64,000 bases of DNA from positions 1 through 64,000 of IMG/VR virus record IMGVR_UViG_3300009430_000004. The stretch is one strand, 5' to 3'. Below the pieces are notes generated by a model that had not been told where the DNA came from, made no database searches, and saw only the letters and a program-made list of their open reading frames with translations. Made by a program: the position numbers and the translations under genes. Below, in pieces: positions 48,986 through 58,158 of this stretch (position 1 is the first letter of the stretch; each line of letters begins with the position of its first letter).

Positions 48986-51118
48986 ATGCATAAGTGTCTT
49001 ATATGTGGTGAAAAGTTTACTGAGTTAGAAGATTTGTATTCTCATATAGAAGAAGAACATCCTGACCTCATACCTAAAGATTTCACCGCAGCACAATACC
49101 ATTATTTCCTTAAGACAGGAAAGGACCACGGTTCTTGTATTATAAACAAGAAGCCAACTAAATGGAATCCAGTTACTAATAAATATAACAGATTCTGTGA
49201 AGATCCCAAATGCAAGCAGATATATAGAGATGAATTTAAAAAGAGGATGATAGGTAAGCATGGAAAGATTCACTTGTTAAGTGACCCTGAACAACAGAAA
49301 AAGATGTTGGCTAATAGGTCTATATCAGGTGAATATAGTTGGTCAACAGACCCTCGATTAAAGTTTACCTATACTGGCTCATATGAGTTAGATTTTATCA
49401 GGATCCTTGATTTATTCTTTGATTGGGACCCTGAAGACTTAATGATGCCTTCACCTCATACTTACTATTATCAATATGAAGGTGAAAAGAAATTCTATAT
49501 ACCTGATGCATTTATACCCTCCCTTAACCTTGAGATTGAGATAAAAGATGGTGGAGATAATCCTAATAATCATCATAAGATTCAAGATGTTGATAAGGTT
49601 AAGGAGAAGCTTAAAGATGGTGTACTAATGAGTCAAAAATCATTTAGTTACATCAAGCTGACTAACAAAAACTATGAGCCATTATTTGACTTTCTAATGA
49701 GGGCTAAGCAAGTTTATGCTGAGAAGGGAGATATTGATAATATGGCTCCCATATTTATCGTAAATGAATCAGTTGTTGAAGTCGAAGTATTTGACGAAGC
49801 TGTTATGGAAGGAGTGATGTATAAGATTGCTAATAAGCTTATAAATCATTCGCTAAATCGCCCAGGAAATGTATTACTCGGTTCAATTTCAACTGTTAAT
49901 TATTTAAGGAAGGTTGCTAGAACGGCTAAGACTAAAAAAGAAATAGAAAAGGCTCTCGAAATAGTCGATAGGCATTTAGGTTTAATGAAAAGAAATAAGA
50001 ATTACAAACTTAACCATGGAAATGTAATTCCTGTAGTTGATAAGAAACTCAAAGAACCTATGTTAGATAAGACTATTGAGGATATTGAGGACATAAAACA
50101 TGATCTTGAACAGAGAAAGAAAACTGTTACTGAGATGATGGAAGTTGTTGAAGAAAATGCTTTTATCACAAAGAACATCGGTGCTATTATCAATTTAAGA
50201 GTAAAGATGCTTGAGTCTGCAAGTTCATTTAATAGTCTTAAAGCTGACCTGATGTCCTTAGTCGATAAGGCTAAGACAACGGATGACATTAAATACTTAA
50301 AAAAAGAACTTTCATCGGCAAAGAAGTATGTAAATGAGCTAGCTAAGAAAGAAACAAGGTATAAAGATGCTGCCAATAGTTTCGTTAAATGGTTAGATGA
50401 AGACTTTGCAGCAGCTTTAGATAAAAAAATGAAGACTCTATCTAAGGTTGAAAAATCTTCTGTTAAAGAAGGGTTGGAATCTAAGACCTTACAGAATGAC
50501 AATGGTATTTATCTAAATAATATTCTAGAATCAGCTACAACGTCAGAGGGATTATATCCTGTGTATATTTTACTAACTTATACTGCTACTAATATGGCTA
50601 AGTTGATAAGGTTCCAAACGGGTGACCCCTACAGTCATGCAAGTATTACATTTGATAGTAGCCTACATGATATATACAGCTTTGGTAGAAAATATAAAGA
50701 TTCTACAATGAGCTTTGTTAATGAAGATATAAATGACGGGCTTCTGAAAGATGTAAAAGACAATGCTGATTATTCATTGTATGTTGTATTTGTTGCCGAC
50801 AATCAATTGAAGGCTATGTATGAAAAGCTCAACTATTTTAAGAAGAAAAAAGATGAGCTAAAGTACAGTTTCCTAGGTCTATTTAATATAGCTATAGGAA
50901 AAGAGACACATGCCGAGAATCAATATTTCTGTAGTCAGTTCGTCGCTGAAGTTCTTAGAGCTGGTAATGAAAAGTGGTTAACTAAAGACCCGAGCCTGTA
51001 TACACCTTACCAGTTAGCTAGAATAAAGCCAGCGATGTTCGTTGAGAGAGGAAAACTCAAAAACTATTCCAAGGAGAAAGTTGATAGAAAAGTTGCTGAA
51101 CTCATGAAAAAGCTATAA
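48986..51118 (+). CDS. Multidomain protein: C2H2 zinc finger, TnsA-like PD-(D/E)xK nuclease, helical domain, permuted papain-like (YiiX/NlpC-P60) domain
   Basis: CLICGEKF..LYSHIEEEH; FYIPDAFIPSLNLEIEIK; YSHASITFD..YSFG..YFCSQFVAEVL. Confidence 0.7.
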   Translation: MHKCLICGEKFTELEDLYSHIEEEHPDLIPKDFTAAQYHYFLKTGKDHGSCIINKKPTKWNPVTNKYNRFCEDPKCKQIYRDEFKKRMIGKHGKIHLLSDPEQQKKMLANRSISGEYSWSTDPRLKFTYTGSYELDFIRILDLFFDWDPEDLMMPSPHTYYYQYEGEKKFYIPDAFIPSLNLEIEIKDGGDNPNNHHKIQDVDKVKEKLKDGVLMSQKSFSYIKLTNKNYEPLFDFLMRAKQVYAEKGDIDNMAPIFIVNESVVEVEVFDEAVMEGVMYKIANKLINHSLNRPGNVLLGSISTVNYLRKVARTAKTKKEIEKALEIVDRHLGLMKRNKNYKLNHGNVIPVVDKKLKEPMLDKTIEDIEDIKHDLEQRKKTVTEMMEVVEENAFITKNIGAIINLRVKMLESASSFNSLKADLMSLVDKAKTTDDIKYLKKELSSAKKYVNELAKKETRYKDAANSFVKWLDEDFAAALDKKMKTLSKVEKSSVKEGLESKTLQNDNGIYLNNILESATTSEGLYPVYILLTYTATNMAKLIRFQTGDPYSHASITFDSSLHDIYSFGRKYKDSTMSFVNEDINDGLLKDVKDNADYSLYVVFVADNQLKAMYEKLNYFKKKKDELKYSFLGLFNIAIGKETHAENQYFCSQFVAEVLRAGNEKWLTKDPSLYTPYQLARIKPAMFVERGKLKNYSKEKVDRKVAELMKKL

Positions 51119-51139
51119 AACAAATATGTAAGAAAGGAG

Positions 51140-51634
51140 ATGATATCAGTGGGTATCTTTACAAAAAATAAACAGATTGTTGATCCTAATAAGCCTGTAA
51201 TGGCTCTAACTCTTGGAGGTGTACTAAATAAGCAATTGGCTGATATTAAGGATAATATCCCTAAGGGTTACACTCTCGTAATGAACGATACACATGACCT
51301 CAGTACAATAAAATCATATGTCGAAAGATTAAGGCGACAATACGCTGGTTTTGGAAGTGGTAAGAGTATAATGCTTGTTAATGACTGGATGCGTAACTTC
51401 GGTAAGGATAAAAGGGTTCTTGCCATGGTTGTTCAAAATGTCGAGGGTGAAAGCAAATTGAGCATAACTAGCAATTCCAATGGAGTTGGTTTAGGTACAA
51501 CGTATGATATGCCTTTAGATGATTATGAATCAGTATTTGTATTCCTTTTAAAAGGAGATAAAATGCATGTATACTGTGTTTATGATAAGGATAAAGAAGA
51601 TTTAAACAAAATTGTTGATTCGTTCAACGTATAA
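51140..51634 (+). CDS. Hypothetical late protein
   Basis: Late promoter at 51119-51130. Confidence 0.5.
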   Translation: MISVGIFTKNKQIVDPNKPVMALTLGGVLNKQLADIKDNIPKGYTLVMNDTHDLSTIKSYVERLRRQYAGFGSGKSIMLVNDWMRNFGKDKRVLAMVVQNVEGESKLSITSNSNGVGLGTTYDMPLDDYESVFVFLLKGDKMHVYCVYDKDKEDLNKIVDSFNV

Positions 51635-51668
51635 AAAAATGAGGATGGGACTGCACCATCCTCATTTT

Positions 51669-52216
51669 TTATTGTCTATCGAAAATCTCACCATAAACTG
51701 TGAGATTAACGATATCAATCATTTTATTATCTTGAGATAACATAATTTTATTAACATCGAATTGTAGATTTGGATTTTTTCCATACTCATTATTCAATGC
51801 TTGTTCTTTGATAACCTTACCAATCTTCTCAAGATAAGGGGAAAAGTTTGAACATCCATAACCCTTGGGTTTGTCGATATTCTTATTTTTATATTCATCT
51901 GGTAATTCAGAGAAGAACATTGATTTTATTAACATCCATCGTCAAGGTTATTTATATTCCCAGCAGACATTTCAGTTATCTTTTGTACATACTTAGAAAT
52001 CTTTCCTTGCTCAAGATGTGATATCCACCAAACACCCATTATAGGATACCATTCTCCTTTAATCTTACCAGCATTTCTACCTGAAGATTTAAAGAATGGC
52101 ATTGTAAACTCAAGTTTATGTGCACCGTCATCAACTCTAACGTCTATAGTAGCTATCTCTCTACTACCACCAAAAGGTCCTATTACTAATGAATTATGGT
52201 TTACTTGTACTTTCAT
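51669..52216 (-). pseudogene. Hypothetical early protein split by a single-base deletion
   Basis: ORFs 51929-52234 and 51669-51935 join as ...NLDDG(W)LIKSMFF if one G is restored (GGA TG TTA). Span is 548 nt (3n+2). Early promoter at 52300-52309. Confidence 0.6.
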
Positions 52217-52336
52217 GTCTAATTCCTCCCACATAATTTGAAATTTATCCCATATATATTGTCGACATGATTAAGGGATATATCATCATATCTATATTAA
52301 TAATATATAAATTTAGTTATTAATTATACCAATACT

Positions 52337-52348
52337 AACAAAATATTA
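52337..52348 (+). promoter_or_regulatory. Late promoter (chemoreceptor gene)
   Basis: AACA AAATAT TA. Confidence 0.65.
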
Positions 52349-52381
52349 AATACCGATAAATAATAAGATGGAGGGGATTTT

Positions 52382-54358
52382 ATGTTTAAAAAAATGTATA
52401 AGCTCAAAATACGAGCAAAATTAGTATTAACAACTTTGATAATTTTAACAGTAGCATTAGTATCAGTTTCATCGGTGAGTTACTTTGTATTTAAGGATAG
52501 GTTGCAAGATAAAATAATGCAATCTCTTGGTACAATCACTGTAGATAGAGCCGAATTTGTGAAGAGTTGGCTAAGTAAATTGGAATATATAAGTGTGGTC
52601 AATTTTGTGACAAATAACGATAACGATAGTGTTGATATTGCGGATTTACACCTGAGTAAAATAGATTCCACGATATTAACATCCTTTATATTCTTTAATG
52701 ATGGTAATTTAATTGATGCAAATGGGTGGAAACCTGACCCTGGTACTGATTTAAAACAAATGAATTGGTATAAAGTTGGTATATCGTCCAATAAACCAAC
52801 TTATTTATTAGATAGGGATTTAAAAACAAATAATGTTTCAGTATTCTGTGTAAGGCAGTTTACCGATAAAAACGGAAATGTAAAAGGGGTAATTGCTCAG
52901 ATATATGATTCTAATGTATTTAACACTATGGTCGCTTCATTAAGAGCCGAAGGTGACGGATATGGATACATAGTGGGAAAAGGACATATATTAGCACATC
53001 CTGATAAATCACTTGTTGGTAAAACAGTTGAGGATGCTGGCGTTGCAATAGCTAATGAATTAGTTGCTAATTTAGGTACTCCTATTCACTATGAATTCAG
53101 AAATGTTAAGAAATATGGTGTTGCTGTAAAAATACCTGATATGCAGGATGCGTATCTTATAATGGCTGTACCAGATGAAACTGTTTTAAAACCATTAGAT
53201 AACGTGGACCTATATATGATTGGAATATCATTATTATTTTTACTATTGGCATCAATAACATTTTCGATAATGTCAACTAGGATATCAAACCCTCTAGTTA
53301 AGAGTAGTGAATTGTTGGGGCATATAGCTTTGGGAGACTTTACTAGAGATACTGATTCTGCCGATTTAAATATTCCTGATGAAATAGGAGATATAAATAG
53401 GTCTGTTGATAAAGTTAAGAAATCGCTTATAGGAATTATAAAAGAACTTAAAAGTAGCAGTAATATATTATCTCATGATGCTCAGTCACTGAGTGCAACT
53501 GCTACACAGAGAACTTCTGGTTTACAACAAATAAGTGTTAGTTGTAACGAAATGGCTGCTGGTATACAAGTATTGGCTGATAATAATCAAGAGAGTGTTG
53601 CATCATTGACAGATCTCAGCTCTCTATTAGATAAGGCTAATGAAATATCTAGTGGCATGGTTGACAGGGTAGTTATTGCCCAGCAAAAAAGTAATATCGG
53701 GTTATCAGTAATGAAAGAATTGATGGATGACAATTTAGTAGTAAACGCTGCTGTTGGAAATATGAATACAACGGTTGCTGATATTTACGAAAAATCAAAT
53801 AAGATAAAAGATATACTGGAAATTATTAATAATATTTCTGGTCAAACAAACCTCTTGGCTTTGAATGCTTTAATAGAGGATGCTAAGATAAAAGAAAACA
53901 ATGGTTTCTCAGTTATTGCTAATGAGATAAAGAAACTTTCGGATCATACAAAATTAGAAAGTGCTAATATTTCATCAAAACTTAGTGAGATAACTGTTGG
54001 TATTGAGAAATTAGTTGAGTATTCATCTAAATTTGATAGTACTATGAAGGAGCAGACTGGTACAATAAACTTGTCTAATGAATCATTTAAGAATATTTCT
54101 GACTCAATTGATGAAGTTATTCAGTTAACAAATAAACTTAAAGATATTGTAATCAATATTGATGCAAATAAAGTAACCGTATTAAGTATGGTTGAAAATA
54201 ATGCTAGTTTAACAGAAGAGTTTTCTGCCAATATACAAGAAATAACAGCTTCTGTTGAACAGAATCTTGCTGGAAGCGAAGAAAATCTTAATACTATTAA
54301 AAAGCTTGATAAACTAAGTAATGGATTACTTGCTATTGTAGAAAAATTCAAAATATAA
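52382..54358 (+). CDS. Methyl-accepting chemotaxis protein (TM-dCache-TM-HAMP-MA)
   Basis: KIRAKLVL TM1; GYGYIV..GHILAHPDKSLVG (Cache); TM2; HAMP (GDFT..DEIGDI); QTNLLALNA..GFSVIANEIKKLS. Confidence 0.92.
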   Translation: MFKKMYKLKIRAKLVLTTLIILTVALVSVSSVSYFVFKDRLQDKIMQSLGTITVDRAEFVKSWLSKLEYISVVNFVTNNDNDSVDIADLHLSKIDSTILTSFIFFNDGNLIDANGWKPDPGTDLKQMNWYKVGISSNKPTYLLDRDLKTNNVSVFCVRQFTDKNGNVKGVIAQIYDSNVFNTMVASLRAEGDGYGYIVGKGHILAHPDKSLVGKTVEDAGVAIANELVANLGTPIHYEFRNVKKYGVAVKIPDMQDAYLIMAVPDETVLKPLDNVDLYMIGISLLFLLLASITFSIMSTRISNPLVKSSELLGHIALGDFTRDTDSADLNIPDEIGDINRSVDKVKKSLIGIIKELKSSSNILSHDAQSLSATATQRTSGLQQISVSCNEMAAGIQVLADNNQESVASLTDLSSLLDKANEISSGMVDRVVIAQQKSNIGLSVMKELMDDNLVVNAAVGNMNTTVADIYEKSNKIKDILEIINNISGQTNLLALNALIEDAKIKENNGFSVIANEIKKLSDHTKLESANISSKLSEITVGIEKLVEYSSKFDSTMKEQTGTINLSNESFKNISDSIDEVIQLTNKLKDIVINIDANKVTVLSMVENNASLTEEFSANIQEITASVEQNLAGSEENLNTIKKLDKLSNGLLAIVEKFKI

Positions 54359-54439
54359 CGTATTTTAGTAGGGGTAGAATTATCTACCCCTACATTTTAT
54401 TATTTTAAAAACATCTATGTAAGTATAATATAAAGAAAG

Positions 54440-56371
54440 GTGATGATAAAGATGGGAATAGTTCATGAGAGTAAATTAACATCTCAAGAGAGAAAAGAAC
54501 TGCCTGATGGGACTTTTGGACTTCCTGAGGATAGGGCTTACCCCCTTCATGATGAAGAACATGTAAGGAAAGCCATTCAGTTCTTCAAATATTGTAAACC
54601 CGTCAAAAAGAATGCACTAGCTAATAACATAAATAAACGTGCTAAAGAATTAGGACTTAAACTTCGAATCAGCAAAGAAAATCCTTTCTATAAATACGCT
54701 GATAAGAATATAGTACAGGAAGTGTCATTAGCTCAAGACGGATTTGCATTGGTAAATGAATCAGTAGAGATACCATCTCCTGATTGTATCGGAAAACCCA
54801 ATTACTCCATATTTGAGAATCTATTAAGTTCAGACCCTCAAACTATGGAAGAAATGATTAATATCGAAAAATGTCTTTCTAGGGAAATAATCCCTAAGCT
54901 CAGAGCATCTTTCGGTGAAGAAGTTAGTAAAGGGCATCATCTAATCAATCCAATAGCGTTGATAAATAAAATAATGAGTAAAGTTTATCATAAGTTTTTA
55001 TACTTTCATGATTACATGAGTATATCAACTGAACTTTCTAAGATAATCAATCTCACTACTGGTATTTTAGATGATATAACATATGCTATAGATAATTATA
55101 TTTATAGGCAGAATGTTCCAGCGGCTAACATTAAGATTAAACTACTAGAGGACATATGCAACAACTTCAATTGCAATATATATTTAGTAGAAAGATTACT
55201 TGAGCAGTTGATATTTGCATGTCATACAACAATAACAGAGTTGAAAAACATAGCAAAGACCTCTGAAGCAAATCAGGATGAGAAGATAGAAAAGGTAAAT
55301 AAGATCATGGGCTCATTAAGAGATCTTTCAATAAGATTATTAAAGGATGAACCTAATGTAGATACTATTATACCTATTCCAAGACTTGCTATTGGTATAG
55401 CTCTTAAATCAGATAATCTCAATTTCATTAATACTGAAAATTTCCTCAATACTACGAAAAATGAAATGAAAAATGAAATAAATATTATACTAATGAGTAA
55501 CATGATGGGTTGTTCATTATCCTTCTTTGGAGATGATAAACCGTTCTTCTTGAATGAAGTTTCTAGAGGGAATAGAGAGATTTATGATATAATAGATTTC
55601 TTAACAGGTTCATTATGCCGTGACAATATACGTCGTTATAACACTGACTTCACATTAACTTTAGATGCCAAAGATATAATGGTATTTTCAGAATTAAAAG
55701 AATATATAACTTCTATTTATCCTTCAACGGATAGAAATGGAGAAAGATTCTATTATGGCGTTAATGAGAATCAGTTGTTCTTACTAGGAAAGAATGTAGG
55801 GGTGACTAATCAATACATCCTAGTGAAACTCTATGATGGTGAGTGTATGAATGCGGAATTAAATTTCTTAAGAAATCCGCAGAAGATGACTCCTGTCAAG
55901 ATTATTACGATTAATCTATGTTCCGAGAGAAGAACTCCAAGCGTTCTCACAGAGGGAATTACCATTGATAAAGATGGTAATATGAAATTTGAGTTTAAAC
56001 CGAGGAAAACCTATATGGATGAGTATTCGGAAAATCATAAGCTGTTATTAGCTAATAGTAAAGCTAAAAACTATGAAGGGATGAAGAAGAATCTCGCATT
56101 CCTATTTGCTATGATAACAACTATAGAAAGGGATGTTATTTATAAGAAAGATGCCAAAATAAAACCAGAAAAGAAAAAGGATGCTGAAAAAGCAAGAACC
56201 TTCGCTATCAATGACTTTAAAACATATCTAAAGGAAGTTCAGAAGGCAGAGCCTGGATTTGACTTTGCTAAATACTATGATGAAAGTGGATATGGTAAAC
56301 TGACAATAAATGTTACTAGAGATAGCATAGAAGGTATCAAAAAGATATTAAGAACTATAATGATTTCATAA
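54440..56371 (+). CDS. Large late protein with N-terminal DUF6582-like domain
   Basis: LTSQERKELPDGTFGLPEDRAYPLHDEEHVRKAIQFF; late promoter at 54410-54421; VHE|S, VNE|S and LTE|G sites. Confidence 0.65.
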   Translation: MMIKMGIVHESKLTSQERKELPDGTFGLPEDRAYPLHDEEHVRKAIQFFKYCKPVKKNALANNINKRAKELGLKLRISKENPFYKYADKNIVQEVSLAQDGFALVNESVEIPSPDCIGKPNYSIFENLLSSDPQTMEEMINIEKCLSREIIPKLRASFGEEVSKGHHLINPIALINKIMSKVYHKFLYFHDYMSISTELSKIINLTTGILDDITYAIDNYIYRQNVPAANIKIKLLEDICNNFNCNIYLVERLLEQLIFACHTTITELKNIAKTSEANQDEKIEKVNKIMGSLRDLSIRLLKDEPNVDTIIPIPRLAIGIALKSDNLNFINTENFLNTTKNEMKNEINIILMSNMMGCSLSFFGDDKPFFLNEVSRGNREIYDIIDFLTGSLCRDNIRRYNTDFTLTLDAKDIMVFSELKEYITSIYPSTDRNGERFYYGVNENQLFLLGKNVGVTNQYILVKLYDGECMNAELNFLRNPQKMTPVKIITINLCSERRTPSVLTEGITIDKDGNMKFEFKPRKTYMDEYSENHKLLLANSKAKNYEGMKKNLAFLFAMITTIERDVIYKKDAKIKPEKKKDAEKARTFAINDFKTYLKEVQKAEPGFDFAKYYDESGYGKLTINVTRDSIEGIKKILRTIMIS

Positions 56372-56452
56372 AAAGATGGGCTTTCATATGAAAGCCCAAA
56401 TTTTAACCTTTTACTAGGGTTAGAACATAATAGTAAAATCTTTAATTTAGGA

Positions 56453-57397
56453 GTGATTTTTATGAATAGGATAACCTCACTGAAGGAGAGGATAATGCCA
56501 TTATTAGGTGGCGTAGTATTAGGAGTTTTATTATCATTGACAACATTATCAAATGTTAATATGGAAAATAGCAGTAAATTAATACCTGCTATAAATTTAA
56601 ACGTTGAAGAAGTAAAAGTTGAGGAGAGTGCTCCTCTTAAAATTGAAGAACAAAAAATTGTTGAGGTTGCACCTTCACCTGTAGTAGTTGAAGATCCTCA
56701 GCCTGAACCAGTAAAGCCTATAATAAATGGCTTATATAAGGTTACAGCAAGTGCATTGAATGTTAGGAAAGAAGCTTCCATGAATGGGACTATACTTGGA
56801 GTTTATCATCAGAATAATATAGTTGAAGTAATTGGGCAGGAAGGTGAATGGTATAAAAATGCTGATGGTTTCATTCACTCTGATTATATTACTAAACATA
56901 CTGGTGAAAAACCCTCTAGACTGTCAAAAGTGTCAGTATCAAGAGGTGGAACCATGGGTTCTTATTTTACCCTTAATGTATCTTCCAAATCAGGTTTATC
57001 ATTAGATGATATATATCGGATAACTGAAGGGACTGCATTAAAAGGTATAGAGGAAGCTGTATTAGAAGTTGAGGAAAAATATGGAGTTAACGCTCTATTT
57101 ACTATAGCAGTAGCAAGACTTGAAAGTGGTAATGGTACAACTAGGATAGCCCAAGATAAAAATAATTTATTTGGGTTAAATGCTCTAGACAGCAATCCAT
57201 ATAAGCACGCTTTCAGCTATGATACGAAGTCCGAATCTGTTTATGCGTTTGGGAGGATAATTAAAGATAATTACATAAACAGAGGATTAGATACTCCTGG
57301 AAAAATTAATTCTGTTTATTGTCCAGCTAGTGATAGTTGGTCTGATAAAATAATAGTGTTAATGAGGGAGGTACATTACAAAGGTAATAAAAGGTAA
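56453..57397 (+). CDS. Membrane-anchored peptidoglycan hydrolase (SH3b plus GH73 glucosaminidase)
   Basis: N-terminal TM; VTASALNVRKEAS..ILG..GFIHSDY (SH3b); ARLESGNG..KNNLFGLNA (GH73). Late promoter at 56424-56435. Confidence 0.85.
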   Translation: MIFMNRITSLKERIMPLLGGVVLGVLLSLTTLSNVNMENSSKLIPAINLNVEEVKVEESAPLKIEEQKIVEVAPSPVVVEDPQPEPVKPIINGLYKVTASALNVRKEASMNGTILGVYHQNNIVEVIGQEGEWYKNADGFIHSDYITKHTGEKPSRLSKVSVSRGGTMGSYFTLNVSSKSGLSLDDIYRITEGTALKGIEEAVLEVEEKYGVNALFTIAVARLESGNGTTRIAQDKNNLFGLNALDSNPYKHAFSYDTKSESVYAFGRIIKDNYINRGLDTPGKINSVYCPASDSWSDKIIVLMREVHYKGNKR

Positions 57398-57410
57398 CTC
57401 GATTTTCAAT

Positions 57411-57420
57411 TATATATTAT
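57411..57420 (+). promoter_or_regulatory. Early promoter (a late promoter also lies at 57455-57466)
   Basis: TATATATTAT, then AACA AAAAAA TA. Confidence 0.65.
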
Positions 57421-57490
57421 AATCGGGTAATGAATATAAAATTATATTTCAGGTAACAAAAAAATAATTATATTATTAGGAGGTAATATC

Positions 57491-58084
57491 ATGAGTCAAA
57501 ATCAAAATCAAAATCAAGGAAAGAAGTTTGGTCTATTAGACCGTAATGCAGACATTGAACCAATTGGTGTAGTTTACAATGTGACAGGTGCAGCTATTGA
57601 AGAATTCGTATACAATTACCTTACAAGACTAAAGGAAATTGATGGAGTTGCCGCTGTAAGAGCACATGTAATCAGAGATGGAAGCCAAAGACCAGAAGTT
57701 ACACTTTATGTGTTCCTTCAATCAAACAGCAAGGACGTTGCATCCAATATGGGTAATATCCCAGACCACATCAAAAAGAAGATGGATGAAGGTTCCTACA
57801 GAGCTTCCGAAAAGCTCAAGAAAGCAATGTATCCACTTTGCAAAGAATTGAAGATTGGCGTACATCCTGAAAGACTGTTATACGTTAAATGCGACGTATT
57901 CAAGACTTTAGGTATCATGTTCGCTGCTGATCCAAAGGTTCACTCAATTACTATTCCTGAAGTTGTTAAGCTGAAGAAGAAGAACAGCATCATTACCGTT
58001 GTTAAGACTAACAAGTTCATCGACAAGGAAGATGCTTCAAGCTTCGATAAGTTCAGCCAGATAATCGAAAGAATGGAAGAGTAA
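57491..58084 (+). CDS. Highly expressed hypothetical protein
   Basis: AGGAGGT RBS, tandem early and late promoters, optimal codon usage. Confidence 0.6.
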   Translation: MSQNQNQNQGKKFGLLDRNADIEPIGVVYNVTGAAIEEFVYNYLTRLKEIDGVAAVRAHVIRDGSQRPEVTLYVFLQSNSKDVASNMGNIPDHIKKKMDEGSYRASEKLKKAMYPLCKELKIGVHPERLLYVKCDVFKTLGIMFAADPKVHSITIPEVVKLKKKNSIITVVKTNKFIDKEDASSFDKFSQIIERMEE

Positions 58085-58158
58085 TCTGAATAAAAAAAGA
58101 TAAGGGGATATGGAGACATATCCTACCTTATTTTTTTATAGCAAGGAGGTGTTATACG

